A stretch of DNA of 64,000 bases, from positions 806,001 to 870,000 of the forward strand of contig JAYWIR010000055.1 in NCBI GenBank assembly GCA_036172245.1, given 5' to 3'. The notes below the pieces were generated by a model. That model searched no databases, was not told the DNA's origin, and saw nothing but the letters and a program-made list of their open reading frames with translations. Position 1 is the stretch's first letter, and the number at the start of each line of letters is the position of its first letter. The DNA comes from Raillietiella orientalis. Lineage: Eukaryota. Positions 61,741-64,000 of this stretch are shown here, in pieces. The position numbers and the translations under genes were made by a program.

Positions 61741-64000
61741 CGATTTGGGGGCGACTGCACGCGCGACGATCTCGCTACACCGTGGTTCGGGACCTTCCGC
61801 GGCTTCTGCGCCTAGTATGCGGGAGAAGAAGGGAGAAAGTTGCGATGCGCCCCGAATCCGGTGACCACCACGCCCCCTAATGCGGGTCCCGGTGGCTAAA
61901 GGGCGCGGGCTCTGCGCTCTGCGGTGGATCCTGCTGTAACCACCAGCCGGTCTCAAGTAGCGATCTCGGCTGCTCTGCAAGCTTCCGCATCCCGGAGCCC
62001 TCGCACGCCTTGCGTCGTCTACGAATCTTCCTTTTCCTTCCTTCTTCCCCGTTTTCTTCCCTTTCCCGGCCGGCCGCAAAACCGCGGATCGCCAGCGCAT
62101 GGTCTGCCCGCGGTCCTTCACCTTTTCGGCGCTCCCAGAGCGTTCGCAGGTCTTCCCAAGGGAGGATGCTGCATCTGCAAAGCACCTATCGGCGCCTCTC
62201 TCGCGACCCCGACGTCCGGGGCGCCCTGACTCGCCTTGTTTCTTTCCGTGACAACGCCCTTCACGGCACCCGTCTTCCTGCAAGCGCCTCGCGGTACCTC
62301 CCGAGTGATGCGGGAACTTACCCGCAGGAGACTCCGCCACCGCCGGGAAGGAGGCGGTCAGGAAGGGCCCCCGTCCAGCGGAAGCGTCGAGGGCTCTTCA
62401 GGAAGCTCTCTCTGCTGCAAACCGGGTAAAGGGGGGGACGCTTCCCTTGCCTTAGCTGCCGAGTCCGCGTCCCGATGGCGAGGCGCCCCGCGCTGCCGCT
62501 CCCTTCTCGGCGGCGCACTACAGCCTCATCCTAGCCCCTTCCCCATTCTCACTCGAGGTCCTTCGCGGCCCAAGTTCCAGTGGGTCCTCATCCGAGAAAG
62601 ACGCCCTCCCTGCGGCTCCTCCGGAGGGAGAAGGGGGAGCAGGCGACTACGCACGCGTGGAAGGGCCTGGGAAGTTGCTCCCTGAGCGTCCTGATGGATT
62701 GCCTTCCGCTACCGTGGGAATCCTCTCGGGAAGCGCTCGGTTTATCGCGGAAGAACACTCGCACTTTATCTCGAAGATTCAGGGAGGGCGCATCCGCCCA
62801 GCAGCGGCGAGACCGAACTCTCCTTTCCCTTTGTTCCCGCTGAGCCGTAGGGGGACCTCCCCCCGGCCGGAGGGCTTTCCCTCCAACAAAGGGGTTGCTG
62901 GGGTGGCTGTTGCCGCTGGAAAGACTCGCCACCCGGAAGCGAGCGGTTGGCGACTGTTCGCTCGCCGCCGCCCTCGGCAACCCCAGCGGGCCATCTGCGT
63001 CCTGCCCCTCACAACCTTTTGTCTCGCCCGGAGCGTTTGGTGCGAGCGGGAAAGGCCGTGCTCCCTTCCCTACCTCTGAGAGACAGAGGGAGGGCGGAAG
63101 AGAGGGGAAGGATAAGGGAGAGAAGAGAGAAGGAGCAGTGAGGGGTCGTGGAGCAAGAGGGCCGCAACGTAGAAATGCACGGGAACGGATGGCCGGAACG
63201 AGAATCTCCCTCAGGATCGGGACGAAGGGGACGCGGCCGCTCCCCTTTTTTGGAAGTTCCGGAGCAGCCGCTCCCGGCCACGGAGCCGAGGCCGTCTCCG
63301 TGACGACGGCGCGCGCCTTCCAGTCCAAAGGAGGGCGGCTCATCCAGAAACTATGGAGGGAAGCGAGAAGTTTCTGGGATGCACGCAGCGCTCCCCCGGA
63401 CGGCGTGCGCGCAGGGAGTCCCATGCTCCCATTCGGGACGTTTTCGAGTCAGGAGGCGGGGCGGGCGCCGTTCGCGCGCCTCGACCGCGACTTAGTCCGC
63501 CGATCGGGGAAGCTCGTGGGAAGAAGGCTGGGAAGATCGATGCCCCCTCCCGAACCGGCGGCGAGAGGAGGCTGCCGCTCACCCTTCCGGATCGAAGAGG
63601 CCGGTCCACTCCCCCGGAGTGCCATGAGCAGCGCCTTCCGCGGTCTCCCGGGATCCAGCCGGTGCCGCGCCGGGACTCTCGAGACTTTCCCGGACTCGTC
63701 CGAGCGAAGGGGACGGGAAAGGAAAGGGAGGGAGGGGGAAGAGAAGCGGAAGAGGCAGAAGGGGGTTACTTTCCCGCCTGTCCGGCCGCGCGCGTGGGAA
63801 AGGGGGGAGGAGGAAGAGGAGGCCGGATTCGCAGGCGTCTCTTCCCGGGCAGAATGCACCTGTGACTGCAGTCCGGACCGAAGAGGCGGCGGCGCAGGCG
63901 CCCTGCCGTTGAGTCGCCGTGAGCGGCAGTTCCTCGGGGGGAAGGCGCGCCGGGTCCCCGGGCGCGTCCGCAGGATCACATGTAATCCGGGAGTGGCGCG

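Overview
Eukaryotic (most likely arthropod/invertebrate) genomic DNA. The only well-supported gene is the 5' part of an intron-containing Sosondowah (sowah/SOWAH) ankyrin-repeat gene on the minus strand. It has six phase-consistent GT-AG exons between 5649 and 560, including a 12-nt micro-exon, and runs off the left edge. That gene's 5' region is an AT-rich, CpG-poor island. Nearly all of the remaining ~58 kb is GC-rich, CpG-rich and looks like a patchwork of decayed non-LTR retrotransposon fragments in both orientations (APE endonuclease, RT and zf-RVT motifs; L1/Tx1-like), plus one probable Penelope-like relic. The many GC-rich ORFs in the track are not considered genes. The most notable observations are: (1) one LINE family with at least 8 copies whose 3' UTRs keep a conserved hairpin architecture despite very different sequences; (2) a near-identical ~600-bp inverted duplication inside otherwise old RT relics; (3) an isolated AT-rich candidate exon at 45.5 kb that could imply a ~40-kb first intron. 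I found no convincing new multi-gene system. All domain calls are by-eye motif recognition, not database results.
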